Shown: positions 20,195-32,599 of the stretch, in pieces
Numbering within the stretch: position 1 is the first letter of the stretch
Layout of the letters: each line of letters begins with the position of its first letter
Assembly: GCA_000091205.1 (NCBI GenBank)
Contig: AP006499.2
DNA: 64,000 nt
Source: Cyanidioschyzon merolae
Lineage: Eukaryota
Reading direction: 5' to 3' (one strand)
The notes under the pieces: generated by a model
The model's database searches: none
What the model saw: only the letters and a program-made list of their open reading frames with translations
What the model was told of the DNA's origin: nothing
Translations under genes and position numbers: made by a program

Positions 20195-21535
20195 CTACAA
20201 GCTATCGGTTCGAGCGCACGATGTCGATGGAGCATCATGATTACAGGCTATCGCGGCCCGGGCTCGAGCACGCTGATTTTCAAGCCAAGATTGAACCGGA
20301 GGCAAGCAATCTGCCAGCGCTTCCCCGATCGCCCGCAGATAGTCGCGATGCGGCCGGCTCTGATCCCGCGCGTGATCACGCAGCCAGCGGCGTAAACTGG
20401 TGCGGATCGCCCACCCATCGAGTCGGCAGTGCGCCGCGAGCATTTCCTGCAGTGCAGCCTGGACAGCGTCCAGCGTGGTCTGCGCGGCACGCACGGAACC
20501 TGCAGTGCTTAGCGCAATGTCATCGATCCAACCTCCCTTGCGGCGGGCGCGAAGCTCCACTTCCACGTGCAGGTCAGGGCACAGCGAAACGCCTTCAACT
20601 TTGACTCGAAATGCGGGAGTCTCACCGAGGATCCACTGCGGGTCGGCTAAGCGATCAGCTATCTCACGAACAGCGTCCCAGTCAACTTGGGCAACTGAAA
20701 GTACTTTGGCGTCAAAGTCCATTCGGAATTGCCGCACGCACAGCTGCGCAACTCGGTCGACATCCATCGAAGGCACCATGTCGATAAGATTTCCGACTCG
20801 TGCGCGGACACTCGGCGTACCACGTACATCCGCAAACGTAGTCCTCAAGCCGGCCGACATCGGTGAGTACCAGCGCGTTGACGGGCCGACTTGCCCGGTC
20901 TCAGCAGCGAGTTTCGCCACCGCGTGCCGCCGATGAGCAGCCGCGATGCCCGAACTTTCGCTGCGCGTGGTCGGCGTCAGGAGGCCGCGCAGACGACCCA
21001 AGTCTGACCGGATCAAAAGAGTTCCGTGGTGTAGCGCAACATCGCCGGTCAGCCGATATGCGGAGCCGCTCACCTTGAACCCGTCGCACAGAATATCGTT
21101 ACGCTGGTTAATCTCGAGGTGCAGGTCTCGAAACGCTCCTCGTAGCGTATTCGCCAGCCACTCCACGTTACCCCGCCGGTTAAAGTCACTTTTGGGCGAT
21201 ATGAAGCTAAAGTTTAGGTTGCCGAGATCGTGGACGACTGCCCCACCTCCCGAGAAGCGCCGGGCAAGGAACGGCTGCACCAGTGCGTTCGTGCTTCCGC
21301 TACTAATAGAGCCGTCGGCTGCTTCAAGTTGTGCAAGTAACCAGAGGTTGCTCTCCGTCCAGGGGTTTTGGTTTCTCCCGATCACTACGGACGGACTATT
21401 GCGGTACAGCAAGAGCACGTGGCTAACGTGGTGCTTCTCAAGCGCGTGCCGAAGCAGCCACTCCTCAAGAGCGAGGTTCTCGAAAACACAAGTGCGCTCC
21501 GAGCAGAGCACAGCTGCTGCTCGCCTCAGCGTCAT
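20195..21535 (-). CDS. lipoate-protein ligase / lipoyl(octanoyl)transferase, LplA family
   Basis: 'VVIGRNQNPWTE...ARRFSGGGAVVHDLGNLNFSFI...KVSGSAYR' matches the LplA catalytic core 'RRxSGGGAVYHDLGN'. Confidence 0.85.
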   Translation of the reverse strand: MTLRRAAAVLCSERTCVFENLALEEWLLRHALEKHHVSHVLLLYRNSPSVVIGRNQNPWTESNLWLLAQLEAADGSISSGSTNALVQPFLARRFSGGGAVVHDLGNLNFSFISPKSDFNRRGNVEWLANTLRGAFRDLHLEINQRNDILCDGFKVSGSAYRLTGDVALHHGTLLIRSDLGRLRGLLTPTTRSESSGIAAAHRRHAVAKLAAETGQVGPSTRWYSPMSAGLRTTFADVRGTPSVRARVGNLIDMVPSMDVDRVAQLCVRQFRMDFDAKVLSVAQVDWDAVREIADRLADPQWILGETPAFRVKVEGVSLCPDLHVEVELRARRKGGWIDDIALSTAGSVRAAQTTLDAVQAALQEMLAAHCRLDGWAIRTSLRRWLRDHARDQSRPHRDYLRAIGEALADCLPPVQSWLENQRARARAAIACNHDAPSTSCARTDSL

Positions 21536-21966
21536 TCTGGTGGTAACGCGTCAGTACGCGTAGAATCATCGAAACCCGTTTTCCAAATGAGACCCTACGT
21601 TCATCGACAGGTTCCGGCACTTGCAGGATACGAAGAACGAGCGGAACAGTCAGTGAGTCAGTCTGCGTAGTACCAGGCTGGCCAGCTGGCGAACCAGACA
21701 GATACAAGTCTGGCGGATACCGCACCCCCAGACGCAGGAATGCTCCGCGCGTAGACTGCGGGATCGCCAGATTCTGCGCCCCATTGAGCGCATGCCTTGC
21801 CTTACCTTCCCATACCGTTCTTTTCTGTACTTTATGGAAGCAAGCGGACAGGTTTGTGGCGGATGCGTTTTCGCCTGCCGCGATCTGGCAACGCCGCGCT
21901 GAGCGCGGGCATGAGCACCCAACCGGGCAGACGCTGCGCGCCCGACACTGTGTGCATTCCATGACT

Positions 21967-23439
21967 TTATGACTTGCCATCCGATGCGGAGGCATGCTGC
22001 TGCTGCTGCTGCTGCTGCAGTTGTTGTTGTTGTTGTTGTTGGTTGAGCGCAAACCATTCCGGCCGCCAGCGTGCCGGGATCGCACGATGTGTGAACTGGC
22101 GCGAACCGGCTGCAAACTCTGCCACAGTATGCCCCGCACCGTAGAGACGATATTTGTAGGTGACCAGACCCTCGAGACCAACTGGACCTCGCGCGTGAAT
22201 GCGGTTTGTGCTGATACCCACTTCACTACCGAAACCGTACCGAAAACCGTCGGCGAAACGCGTCGAGGCGTTGTGGTATACGCCAGCGGCATCGACAGCG
22301 GCGAGAAAACACTCCGCTGTGTTCACATCCTCGGTAATGATACAATCGGTATGATGTGAGCCGTGCTCATTGATATGCGAAATCGCCTCGTCCATCGATT
22401 CCACAATCTTGACCGCCAGAATGTAGTCCAGAAACTCGGTATCCCAGTCCTCGGCGGTTGCTCTGCGCAGGAGCTTCTGCTTGGTATCCTGGTTCCGCGT
22501 TGAAACCAGAACCTTTTGGAGATGCGCAAAAGCGTCCTCATCGGCCCGAATTTCCACATTTTGCTTCCAAAGTGCCTGTGCAACCTGCTCCAGAACCCCG
22601 CGTTCCATTGCCAACCGGTGACAGATCAGCGTCTCGAGCGCGTTGCACGCTGCCGGGTACTGCGTCTTCGAGTCGACGACGATGCGCACCGCCTTGTCGG
22701 GGTCGGCATCCTTGTCGATGTAGCAGGCACAGAGGCCGTCCGCGTGACCAAGTACAGGCACCGTTGTATTTGCTTTGATGTACCGAACGAGCGATTGGCT
22801 GCCCCGCGGAACCACAAGGTCCAGGTACTGGTCCAGTTTCAGGAGCTCAGCGATCTCCGCTCGGGTCGTGACCAGCTGCAAAGCGTTCGCGTACCGGGCA
22901 CCGAGCGTGCGTTCAACGCCTAGGCGCATGGCCGCTGTAAGTGCCTGGTTCGTGGCGGTGGCCTCACGCCCGCCTTTCAGCACCACCGCATTCGCAGACT
23001 TGAGACCCAGCGTGCCGATCTGCACGAGCGCGTCCGGGCGCGACTCAAATATCACGCAAATCACGCCAATTGGGCACGTGACTCGGTACAGTTCGAGGCC
23101 GTCCGCTGCAAGCTCTGTCGCCAACGTGACGCGTCCGACAGGGTCCGGAAGCGTGCGCAGCTGGTCGATTCCCGCCAGCAGCGTATCAAACTTTCCAGAC
23201 CCAGAAAGATCGAGGCGTTTCAGTAATACTTTATCGAGTTTGCCTTGTTCGCAAAGTGCCTCAGCCTGACGCAAATCGCTTTGGTTCGCGGCGAGGATCT
23301 CGGCCCGTTGCTCTGCGAGCGCCTCACGAACAGCAAGCAGCGTTCTATCCTTCTGCTGGCTGGAAAGCGTCTGACAAACAAGTGCTGCCTGACGCGCTTG
23401 TTGCGCAACTTGCAAGATACTCTCTGTTTCAGTCGTCAT
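21967..23439 (-). CDS. gamma-glutamyl phosphate reductase (glutamate-5-semialdehyde dehydrogenase, ProA-type)
   Basis: 490 aa aldehyde-dehydrogenase-fold protein with a ProA-like N-terminus (AALVCQTLSSQQKDRTLLAVREALAEQRAEILAANQSDL). The C-terminus is poly-Q, encoded by (CTG/TTG)n at 21996-22042. Confidence 0.88.
   Translation of the reverse strand: MTTETESILQVAQQARQAALVCQTLSSQQKDRTLLAVREALAEQRAEILAANQSDLRQAEALCEQGKLDKVLLKRLDLSGSGKFDTLLAGIDQLRTLPDPVGRVTLATELAADGLELYRVTCPIGVICVIFESRPDALVQIGTLGLKSANAVVLKGGREATATNQALTAAMRLGVERTLGARYANALQLVTTRAEIAELLKLDQYLDLVVPRGSQSLVRYIKANTTVPVLGHADGLCACYIDKDADPDKAVRIVVDSKTQYPAACNALETLICHRLAMERGVLEQVAQALWKQNVEIRADEDAFAHLQKVLVSTRNQDTKQKLLRRATAEDWDTEFLDYILAVKIVESMDEAISHINEHGSHHTDCIITEDVNTAECFLAAVDAAGVYHNASTRFADGFRYGFGSEVGISTNRIHARGPVGLEGLVTYKYRLYGAGHTVAEFAAGSRQFTHRAIPARWRPEWFALNQQQQQQQLQQQQQQQHASASDGKS
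21996..22042. repeat. (CTG)n(TTG)n microsatellite, encoding poly-Gln on the minus strand
   Basis: ctgctgctgctgctgctgcagttgttgttgttgttgttgg; it lies within the proA C-terminus. Confidence 0.9.
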
Positions 23440-23444
23440 TTGTA

Positions 23445-26065
23445 AAGCACGGGTCTGCGTCTTACTTAGCGATGAGCCGCCACGAACGATAAACGTCTTT
23501 CAAAAGAAAAACGCTGTCGCCAGTCGTGTACAGTAGTGGCGACCGGCGCCTTAGACAAACCGTCTCCAACTCAGTGTAGACGCCTCCCCGTCTTTTGGAC
23601 CGGCCACCTACTCCTGCTTCCATTTTTTTCTCATATAGTTCCACTTTGGGAGGTTGTCCAAAAAAATTGTCTCTTGGCAAGTCGTCTCCAGCACCGTACA
23701 TCTCCGTATACTGATAGCGGCATTAAAGTCACGATTCACAAACTCCATACGTTTCTTGCCATCACTGGTTGTGCTAACCAATGCAAGTAGTCCCCGAACT
23801 TTCGCCCTGCTTTCCATTTGCTCTTCCGTCAGCGGTCCATACTTTTTTATATCCTCAGGGCTCCTCTGGCACTTTTCCATATCGACCCTCTGAAGTGTAC
23901 ACCCCAGTTCATGGTGTGTATACGATGTTCAAATTTCATCTACAGGTATCGTAACGAAACGCCTTGCGCACTCCTTGATCGTTCCTGTCGTTGGAGCTGG
24001 CGTAGTCCCTTTTTTCGACGCCCAGCGCCCTGCTCCGTATGCTACAACCAGCCTCTGACTTTCATTCTCCTTGAGGGCACTCAACTCATTGAAAAAATTC
24101 GGAAATCCCCGCTGCTTCTCACAGTATAGATTCATCCGCAGACGAGCCGACCGGAGCTTTGTATACTCTTCCCAAAGTGCATCCCAATGCGCAACATGAA
24201 CTTCCAGGAACTCCCAGAACGCTTCAAAGTCCGCTCCACGGCTCGTCATCTCGCTCAGAGCTTCCAGGTGATCCTTCATTCCATGTCTCGACTTTCTTCC
24301 TCGCATTCATTATACCGGATTCTCGATGGTATCTTGCTCTCGAGAACCTCAAAAGACGCATGTCTTTCTGACGAAAGTTGCCCTCAGTACCATCTTCCGC
24401 ACGCTTCGGTGCTGCGATGGTGATGATATTTGTGTTTCCGGGGTCCGCGCCAACAACAAAGTCGTTCTCCTGCACTTTCTGTGTGGCAGGATCCGCGTCC
24501 TTCTTTTCTTCATGCTCAGCCGCGCCAACGACAAGATCGTTATCCTCCACCTCCTGCATCACAGGATCCTCCTCTTTGTTTTCTTCATCCATCGTTACGG
24601 GCGCAGCCGAGGGCGGAACTGGCCAATCTTTCTTCGACGGCCGATAGTGTACACACAAGGCTACTCCATCAGTTTCGATCATCCCAGTGAATACCTTTTG
24701 TTTGCTCACTTTGAGACTTTTGAAATCGAAGACGTTCTTCCGGTACGTCTCCCGGTTTTCGCCGGTGAATTCCCCCCCTGCTGACACTGAACCCCAGACT
24801 GATCTCCTTCATGATGCCGTAAAGGATTCTGGAATCGATGCTCACAAAATGTGACTTGATGTTGCACACTGGAACGGCACTGAAGCGCTTCCCCATTAGG
24901 AAAGTCTTCCGGTCTAACGACTCTTCATTTTTTCCTCACTCAGATCCATCTCCGCCTTGCGTTCGAGTTCTCGGTCCAAAAATACGAAATCGCGCAGAAT
25001 TAAGGGACCACATCTTTTTCTATGTCTTCTCATATCTGATACCTCTGCTGCTGGATTCGCCAGCCCCAAGACTGCACGTTGCTCTTGTATAGCCTCACGG
25101 ATTGCAGAAGCTTAATTCTTTCTCTTGCGTAATCTCTTCTTGTCAACGAACTCGATCTCATCTTGATACTTTCGATCGTTCGTGATGCCATTGATAATCG
25201 CCCATTTTCCATCGCGAGATAGGCCCGAGTAGAGTGCAAACATGGCGCCTATCATGAAACGTTCGAGGTTTACTGTCAAATGGTTCTTCAGATTCGTGAG
25301 GTACTTCATCGCCCCATAGTCGTAAATATCCCGGTCACCCCTGTATCGAGTACCCTCGAAGCGGAATTCCGCGAAGTTTTCGTGGAGGGCATCCACTAGC
25401 ACATTTTCCTTCAGCGCTTGCGCTGTACCAAGCATCAGTTGACGAGTCAAGGTCTTGTCGAAGAATTCTTCCGGAATCTCGACCGTTTCCATGTGCATCA
25501 CGTCGCCGTACATCTCCCTCGCCAAATGCATCAGCCCTGACGACGCCTTGACAATACTCTTCGAGTCTGAGTTGACACGTTTTTGATAGCATCTCGCAAG
25601 TTTTCCTTCGACGGATCCTTGATATATTTAAGAAGACCGGCGTTCACCACCATCTCGTCGTACTGTCGTCTTTCTTGCCGCCTTCGACGTAGCACCTCGC
25701 CCTTTTGCTTCTTCGCCTTTTCCTGTTCCTCTATATTCGGAACTGGTTCCGTTTTTCTCCGGCAGCTGTCCACGCTACTCCTCCAGGATATTTTACTTCC
25801 TTTTCCATAACTTTCCTTTTTTCAGTATTTTTCGGAAAGAACGCTCTTCGAACGCTTCTGTTATAAACCGCGAAAAATCACTTGAATTATCTAAACCGAA
25901 GTTTGAGACACGATTGAACAGAAAACTATAGTTTGCTATGACTTGAACGCAAATGCAACTTGTACGGCAGAGCAAGATCATAAACATCAGGACCACGTTT
26001 CCCTCCAACGGCAACATGCGCGTAGTATCTCATGCCTGCATGATCTCCCAGGTACGCGTATCGAA
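23445..26065 (-). mobile_element. TnpB/Fanzor-like transposon, copy 2; pseudogenised
   Basis: ORF fragments 25812<-25531, 25531<-25112, 24896<-24669, 24787<-24224 ([17 protein letters not shown]), 24306<-23929, 23880<-23608 (NRDFNAAISIRRC) and 23701<-23462 are homologous in order to copy 1. The stop codon is lost, so the frame reads into the conserved tail. The tail ends ~30 bp from the proA ATG. Confidence 0.7.
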
Positions 26066-27031
26066 CACACTATGTGGAACAAAGAACAGAGACGAACGAT
26101 TCACGAGCTTCGATATATATATATATTTCGTTCCCCCCTCTACGATGAACGTTACAAGGGGGAAAGATTTCGGTATTTTAGAAAGTTTACCTCCTAGGCG
26201 GAAGGTCCATAGAGCCGTACGAGTCTGCTAGGCTGGTGCTCGGTGTGCCTCTAAAGTGGCTGGTGCTTTAGCGAGACCTGAGCAACTCGTCTGCAACGCA
26301 GTTTATACTAGGTCTCGGATAGGGTATGCTGCGTTTGGGCGTCGCCCAGGTCCTAGTGGGCTCCTTGTATATCGCTTCGCGCTACCACAGGCAGAACGTC
26401 TCTCTGTACAGCTTGCAGGCTCCCAGAATGATAATTAACCGTGATTCCGTGTCAGGTGTAGGATTCTGCGAGCCGACGCCCTCAGTGGTATGGCAAAGTC
26501 GTTCTGTCTCCGTGCAGCGTCTGCCCCAGTGGTATACGCGCTACGGCGGGTGCAGCAAGGCAGGCACTCGGCACACGACAGAACATACGAAACGGCCAGT
26601 ATACCCGAGAGGAAGTATAAGTAGTGGAACTTGAATGTAGGTGCTTCATCACTGACGCTTTCCCGCAAGCCATGACCCATCCCGAATTCTGGGATGCATG
26701 GTCAATGTAATCGTTTTGTCATCTGGAAAAACAGCAACATGAACATCGACGACATGCGTCATGAGAAACGTGCCAAGGAATGCTAGTCATATACAAAGCG
26801 GTCATGCGAATCCAGAAATCATGGACATGGGCATCGCAATGCCGGTCCATGATCGACAGCCATGCGAACATGCATGACATGTCCATTGCAATGCGACAAT
26901 CTATGACATGCGGCGATGAAAGAGCGTGCAGCGAACGCGCGCGCCGATCGACATGGCGCGCCGCGATCGAGACGCGCGCGTCGTTCGCGCGGCGGTGACC
27001 TGTTTTCGGTAACGCACAAACGACGACGAGT

Positions 27032-27757
27032 TTGGCTTTCGTACATCTACACATGGCACGAGTTCTCGGGTCGGTGGCTGCCCAACCGAAATGGGTGCCA
27101 CTGGAATCGAACCCAGACTTATGGAATGAATATATGTATCACCTAGGTGTTGAAGGAGGACGTCCAGCGTTCGTGGACGTCCTGTCGCTGACGGAGGCAG
27201 TGGCGCAGCTTCCGCAACCTGTGCACGCGCTGGTGGTGTGTTTCCCACTGGGCGCACGGGAAGCCAGCTCCCCGGTTAGAACTGTAGGGTCTGACGTGTG
27301 CTATTATTTTTGCGCACAAACAGTACAAAACGCGTGTGGAACTATGGCGCTGCTGCACGCTGTCTTGAACAACTGTGAACGCGCGTCCATCCAGCTTCGG
27401 CCGAGCTCCGTACTGGAAAAGTTGCAGGCGCACGCTCGTGACTTTCCAAACGCAACGCCTTTAGAACGAGCAGAGTTTCTAGAAGGTGACGAGGCCCTGG
27501 CTGCAGCGCACGATGCATATGCTGCCGCGGGACAGACAACGGCACCTGCACCAGACACCGACACCGATTTGCACTTCATTTGCCTAATTCGGGACCGCAG
27601 CGGCCGTCGTCTTCTCGAGCTCGATGGCAGGAAACACGGTCCAGTAGACCATGGGGAAACGAACGCCGAAACTTTTGTAGAGGATGCGTGTAGGCTAATC
27701 CAGAACAAATTTGTGCAGCGGGGTCCGTACCTAACTGTCATGGCGCTGTGCGGCTGA
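27032..27757 (+). CDS. ubiquitin C-terminal hydrolase, UCH-L3/L1 family (peptidase C12)
   Basis: 'KWVPLESNPDLWNEY', 'QTVQNACGTMALLHAV' (catalytic Cys) and 'DLHFICLI...LLELDGRKHGPVDHGET' (catalytic His) align with UCHL3. The likely start is the second ATG at 27053. Confidence 0.85.
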   Translation: MAFVHLHMARVLGSVAAQPKWVPLESNPDLWNEYMYHLGVEGGRPAFVDVLSLTEAVAQLPQPVHALVVCFPLGAREASSPVRTVGSDVCYYFCAQTVQNACGTMALLHAVLNNCERASIQLRPSSVLEKLQAHARDFPNATPLERAEFLEGDEALAAAHDAYAAAGQTTAPAPDTDTDLHFICLIRDRSGRRLLELDGRKHGPVDHGETNAETFVEDACRLIQNKFVQRGPYLTVMALCG

Positions 27758-30316
27758 GCTTGCGTATCGTTTGCGCTCTGACCAGTGGGCATCGTTGGAT
27801 TGTGGTGCTCGCAGCCGTGTCTGCCGCGCTGACTTATCTTCTCCTCCAGCAAAAGTGTAGATGTTGCTTAGGCGGCTGCAGAGAGCACGATCGTGAACAT
27901 AGGCACCGGTTCCTGAAAGGTCGTCGCTGTATCTGCGGGTCCTGGCTCCACTGTTGATGCAGCAGTCGCTGGGATTCCGGGCCGGGCGAGAAGATCTGAA
28001 AAGTGTACAAGCGACTTAGGCGCAAGGAGCAAGTTGCGTGGACGGATCGACGCGGTCTTCTTATCGAGAGAACGCGAGCAATCAGGGTACTGTCACTTGC
28101 GCTCGACCAAGACTGGCGGTTCGTTTCCCGCGTGGCATCTGTCGTGCTATCCAGGAGCCGCTGCGCGTCACCGTCACGCTCGGTAGGCTTGATGCGGTAT
28201 TCCGCAAACTGGACTGGTTTGAGCAGCATGACGTAACGTTGTGTGGATGCTGTCGCCTTGTTCGCGTTTCCAGGACACCTGCTTTGGGTAGTCCAGTCGA
28301 GTACACGTAGCTTTCTGATGCTACAAGCTCGATAGACCCGTTACCCACGCGTGCGCATTTTTGCAGCCTTTACTGGCACTCCACAGAGCGTATCTACTTC
28401 GTCGAACGTAGGCGACATGGCGCACGGGCCGAGCAAGTGATCATCTAGGTGCGATCAAAACGGTACATTGCCATCCACGACGCAAGAGCGCTTGGTAGAC
28501 GGCATGCAACCATACCAGCATTTATTGCATAGTGCATAATGCGCATCCAGCGTATATCACTGACGAGAGGCGGGCGTGTCGCAGAGAAGACACGCCAGCT
28601 ACGCAGGTCTGAGATTGCGATTGGAGCAGGGCGTTGCGAGCGGCGACGCTCAATGAAGAGCCAACGGAATCCAGTGGCTGGGCACTAACGATACCCCGCA
28701 CAACGCTGGTTGTACATGGAAACTATCTAGCATATACTCAGCAATAGCGAATAACAGAACGCCATCATGGTTCACAAACTGCACAGGAAAGTTGTTCGCG
28801 GTATATACATACGGCGCTCGTGCTGTACTGCGTTGCGGACCGCACCATACCAGTGCCTTGCTTCGGGCGAGAATTCTAAGGGACTCCTCTCGAGGCTTTT
28901 GGATTTTAGTCATAGAAAGTCTCGAACGTTTCAGCACAATGCCCAGACTGCGTATTAAACGATTTTCTCGTACATTCGCTCGAGCCGAAGCTGCTGCATG
29001 CCACGGATGCATGCCACATTTCCAAATGTTTACGAATACCCAGAGGTCTCGGTGCCGAACGTCAGCACACGCACTGTTGCCGGTGGACGCACACCAGCGC
29101 AAGCCGCTCACCATCGATTGCCACTCCACGTGACGTTCGGTCCGCGTACCGTGCAGTATACTGTGCACTCGTCTCTGTTTCATGCTCTTCTTCTCTAGCT
29201 GTCTCAACGGGCGCCCTCGCTGGTGATGCGTTCATGTCATCCTGGATGCATCGACGGGAATGGTAACGAATCGAATCCTGCATTCGGTGAACGCGCTCGT
29301 CGAAGGTACAGGTGGGCGCCAATGTGTGATGCAGCATCTCCAGCGCCACTGGACAGAACCAAACGACACGAATTATCCGTCATTGCCTTTCCAGACACAT
29401 TGAACAAGCTGATGAGTGCAAGCCTCGTGCCCGAGTATGCCAGGAACCGTTGGCAAGCCGAGCGCTGTCCCGGGCACGCTCTAAAGCGTGCGTTGATACC
29501 TTCCATCGGTGCCCTGTTTTCTGGGCGATTGGCCTCAGGCTGCGATGGGTACAACCCAGACACGGTGCGCTTCATTCAGCGTTCGAGACCGATCCGTATC
29601 TAATTTTTGAGGCTGGTCTGATCATTGGTGGCAGCAGCGAAATAAACTTTTTTTGCGACGGCTGAAATCGCTTGGCGAAGCGTCGAGGTATTCTGGAGAG
29701 CGGGGCTTCGAATCTCTGATCCTTTGATCGGGCCGTCTCGCATCCTCTGTCCAGCACATCCTTCATGCTGTCGCGTGATGCCCTAATCGAGACATGATAG
29801 GGAAATGGGAATAGATGGGAGCTCTGCGTCCGGAAACTCGTACGACCGGTTCGTGGACGGGATATGTCAAGGCGAGCGTAGCCAGGCACGTCTTCTTCGA
29901 GTAAGAAGCTATGCGACTTTTAAAGGTGTCTTGCACCTTTCAGTATTAGGGAAGCGAACGACTCTTGTATGGATTCATGGGCGCTAGAACGGTGTGTGAA
30001 AACAGAGCGAATGCCTTTGACAGGATTCAACCTGGGAGAACATGCTGGCACGACGTCGAGTCGGCGCCAAGCTTAGCTTTGTTCCCAATAACCGATTTTT
30101 AGTGGCCGAAAAAGACGGTGCATAAGAGCAGGACAGAAGAATACGGGAAGCAGACGCCGCAGAATGTGCTTCGGCCAAGGATCCGGGGTTGAATGATTCG
30201 CTTTGTTCGTGGATCCATGGGGAATCACAGGATTGCATGGTCATCAGGGCGGGTATTGTCGGGAAGCACGTTGATCGCTCTCGTTTACGAACAGCAGTGT
30301 TTTATTCTTCGAGTAC

Positions 30317-30742
30317 CTATGCACAGGTGTACCTTTTCTTCCGAATCAAAAGTATCATCGAGAGAAACGAAGACTGGTGTCTTCTGCTGTGTAAGCGTTC
30401 GCTCTTCACTGCGAAATCGATGGTGTCTTGTTTCACATGCAACGCTCTCCCATAGAAGCGCGGGATTTTCTCTGTCCACTTGTGTCCTTTCATCAGCTTC
30501 TGAATCAACGATATGGAAGATTCACATCCTATGGCTTCGTTGATCGTGCTATTTAGTAATTGTATGGAATAAATTGGATTGAACAGGTGAAAGTATATCA
30601 TATAGTGTTTGATTAGCTCTGGTTTAAGTGCACGTCGTTCATGTTGTGGACGACGAGAACAGTTGTTCATCCACCAGGTTACCGTAGAATGACTGACTTG
30701 CATATGGGCGGGTAATTCTTCGCAAGCTCGCAGAGACATCAT
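30317..30742 (-). other. possible Tc1/mariner-like transposase N-terminal (HTH) remnant
   Basis: 141 aa ORF in an AT-richer block. 'VSHSTVTWWMN' and 'AIGCESSISLIQKLMKGHKWTEKIPR' resemble the paired-like HTH and 'H..WT.E.W' region of Tc1-family transposases. No DDE domain follows. Confidence 0.25.
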
Positions 30743-31444
30743 ATGGTCCTTTCGCGACCTTTTGCCCGTCTACAACATTCATTCCCTTTGTTCAATATCT
30801 GAGAGAAAAATAAACGAAATCAAGAAAGACGTCCTGGTACATGTATTCACGAATTCAGCGCTCTGAATATGACCGAGTTCATGGCGATGCAACCGCGTAT
30901 ACCACACCGTAGCTGCAGGTGGTGCAGGTGTTGTTCGCGTCTCCCGAGCGTCGCACGTTCTCAACCAATTCACATGCGAAGAGCGTCCTGTGTCGAGACG
31001 TGCGCTGCGCGCTTGCGACGCAACGTCCTTTCGATAGCGAGTCAGCGCTCGAGACGTTGATGAGTCGAGATGATGACGACCTTGTCGTTTGATTTTACTT
31101 GAATAAAGTAGGCTCGAATTAGAAATGTGCATTCATTCGCGAATGATGTTCGTCGTTCATCGCAGTGTGGAACCGACCATGCCTACTGCGACATGTCCAC
31201 GATGCCACCGATCCGGGGCAACACCCAGGTTCTAGACGACATAAATGGGCAGGTGCAGCACGCTATACCCCAGACCTGTTTCCACTCTGGTACAGTAGCC
31301 ATGAACCGGCACCCAAGGACGACGCTCAAGTGCTCCGTGCGTGAATCGGAGAACCCAGCTAAGCTCCGGCGGCGAGCGAGACCAACGCTAGATGGTTGAA
31401 CGTGTGGTGGCGATATCGCCACATCCCTCGTCTTTGGTGAGCCC

Positions 31445-32002
31445 TCAGATCCAATCCTCCTCGTTTTTCTCCACCTCTTTAAGCGCGATTTTTGCTGTCC
31501 AGTTCCCTTTCCAGTCAGTGCTTAGCTGAACGCGACCTTGTTTCGCGACCCCAATGCACTTACCTGCAGTATCGCAGGCAACCCCGAGTTTGATTGGCGC
31601 GAACTCCTCCGGCTGCCCCTTCAGTCGGAAGGTTTTAATGAGTCCCGCGCGCACCACTGCGTACCGGTAGCGCAGCTTGCTGTGTGAGGTTGCCAGAATA
31701 CCGTGCAAGCGGAAAGTCTCGCCAGAATCCAACACCCAATCCCGTTTGACAGCGACCCGTGAGCTGATCCGGTTATAGCAGTCGACTTTGCCACCCAGCG
31801 TAACCGTAGAAGGGAACCATGCGCCCCTTACGGAAAAGTCCTTCTGGTAGCTCGCCTGGAAGTAAGGGGAGCCCAGTCCGGGCGAAGCGATGCCCAGCAG
31901 CTGCAACACACCGCCGTCACGAAAGCAAAAGTCCCGTGATGCGACCGCATCCCAGTCACGGTTCACTGATTCATAAACGAGAGAAACCTCAGTTTTACTC
32001 AT
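31445..32002 (-). CDS. hypothetical beta-strand-rich protein (~186 aa)
   Basis: The ORF is open to 32641, but the upstream part is Arg/Ala-rich antisense-like sequence and overlaps the 109-bp satellite. The plausible start is MSKTEVSLVYESV at 32002. Alternating hydrophobic/polar pattern. Function unknown. Confidence 0.35.
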   Translation of the reverse strand: MSKTEVSLVYESVNRDWDAVASRDFCFRDGGVLQLLGIASPGLGSPYFQASYQKDFSVRGAWFPSTVTLGGKVDCYNRISSRVAVKRDWVLDSGETFRLHGILATSHSKLRYRYAVVRAGLIKTFRLKGQPEEFAPIKLGVACDTAGKCIGVAKQGRVQLSTDWKGNWTAKIALKEVEKNEEDWI

Positions 32003-32599
32003 TATAAACAAAAAGCCGGTGCGCTTCACCTGATAACTCTGCTCTACGATAACCGTAGCCCGCGAGCGAACAGCACCAACAACGCACAGGCTGCGAGCTG
32101 CACCGATCCCGTTTCGAGCACGTTTAAACCGGCGTGCGGAACGCCCACGTGGCCGTGACCCCCCGTATACCGCACGCGGCTGTGCCTGCACACGCAGCGG
32201 CCGTCGTACGATCGAGCGCAGCCCTTGCGGGCACGCAGGGACGTTGCGCGGGGCGCTTGCCGCCACGGCCTGGGCATCCGCGGGAACACGAGCCGGATCG
32301 CCTGCCGATGCATGCGCCAGGTACGCAAAAGGAGCTTTGTTCTGTTTTCCCCTATTTGTTTGCATAGGACGCATGATTTGTATGCACATGGCAGCGCCGC
32401 TTGGAGCAGCGATACAACGTCTTCGGCGAGCGTCGTCGCGCTGCACAGCAGACAGGGCGCATTCGCGACTAGACGAAGCGCACAGGTGGTATGCGGCTCG
32501 AGGTTCGCGTCTCGTGGCAACGTGTGGGCAGCATCCGGGAGCGAGATACGTCGCCACTGCGATGTTTGCGTTGGTTGCGCGGGCGCTCCGAACTCTTTC

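Noticed and set aside
19846-20604. 252 aa + strand ORF
   Set aside because: It is antisense to the well-supported LplA-family gene (20195-21535) and has junk-like composition.
26330-26420. 'atcgcttcgcg' resembling the 5' end of U2 snRNA
   Set aside because: The similarity does not extend. The branch-point-interacting 'ggctaagatcaagtgtagtatctgttc' region is absent.
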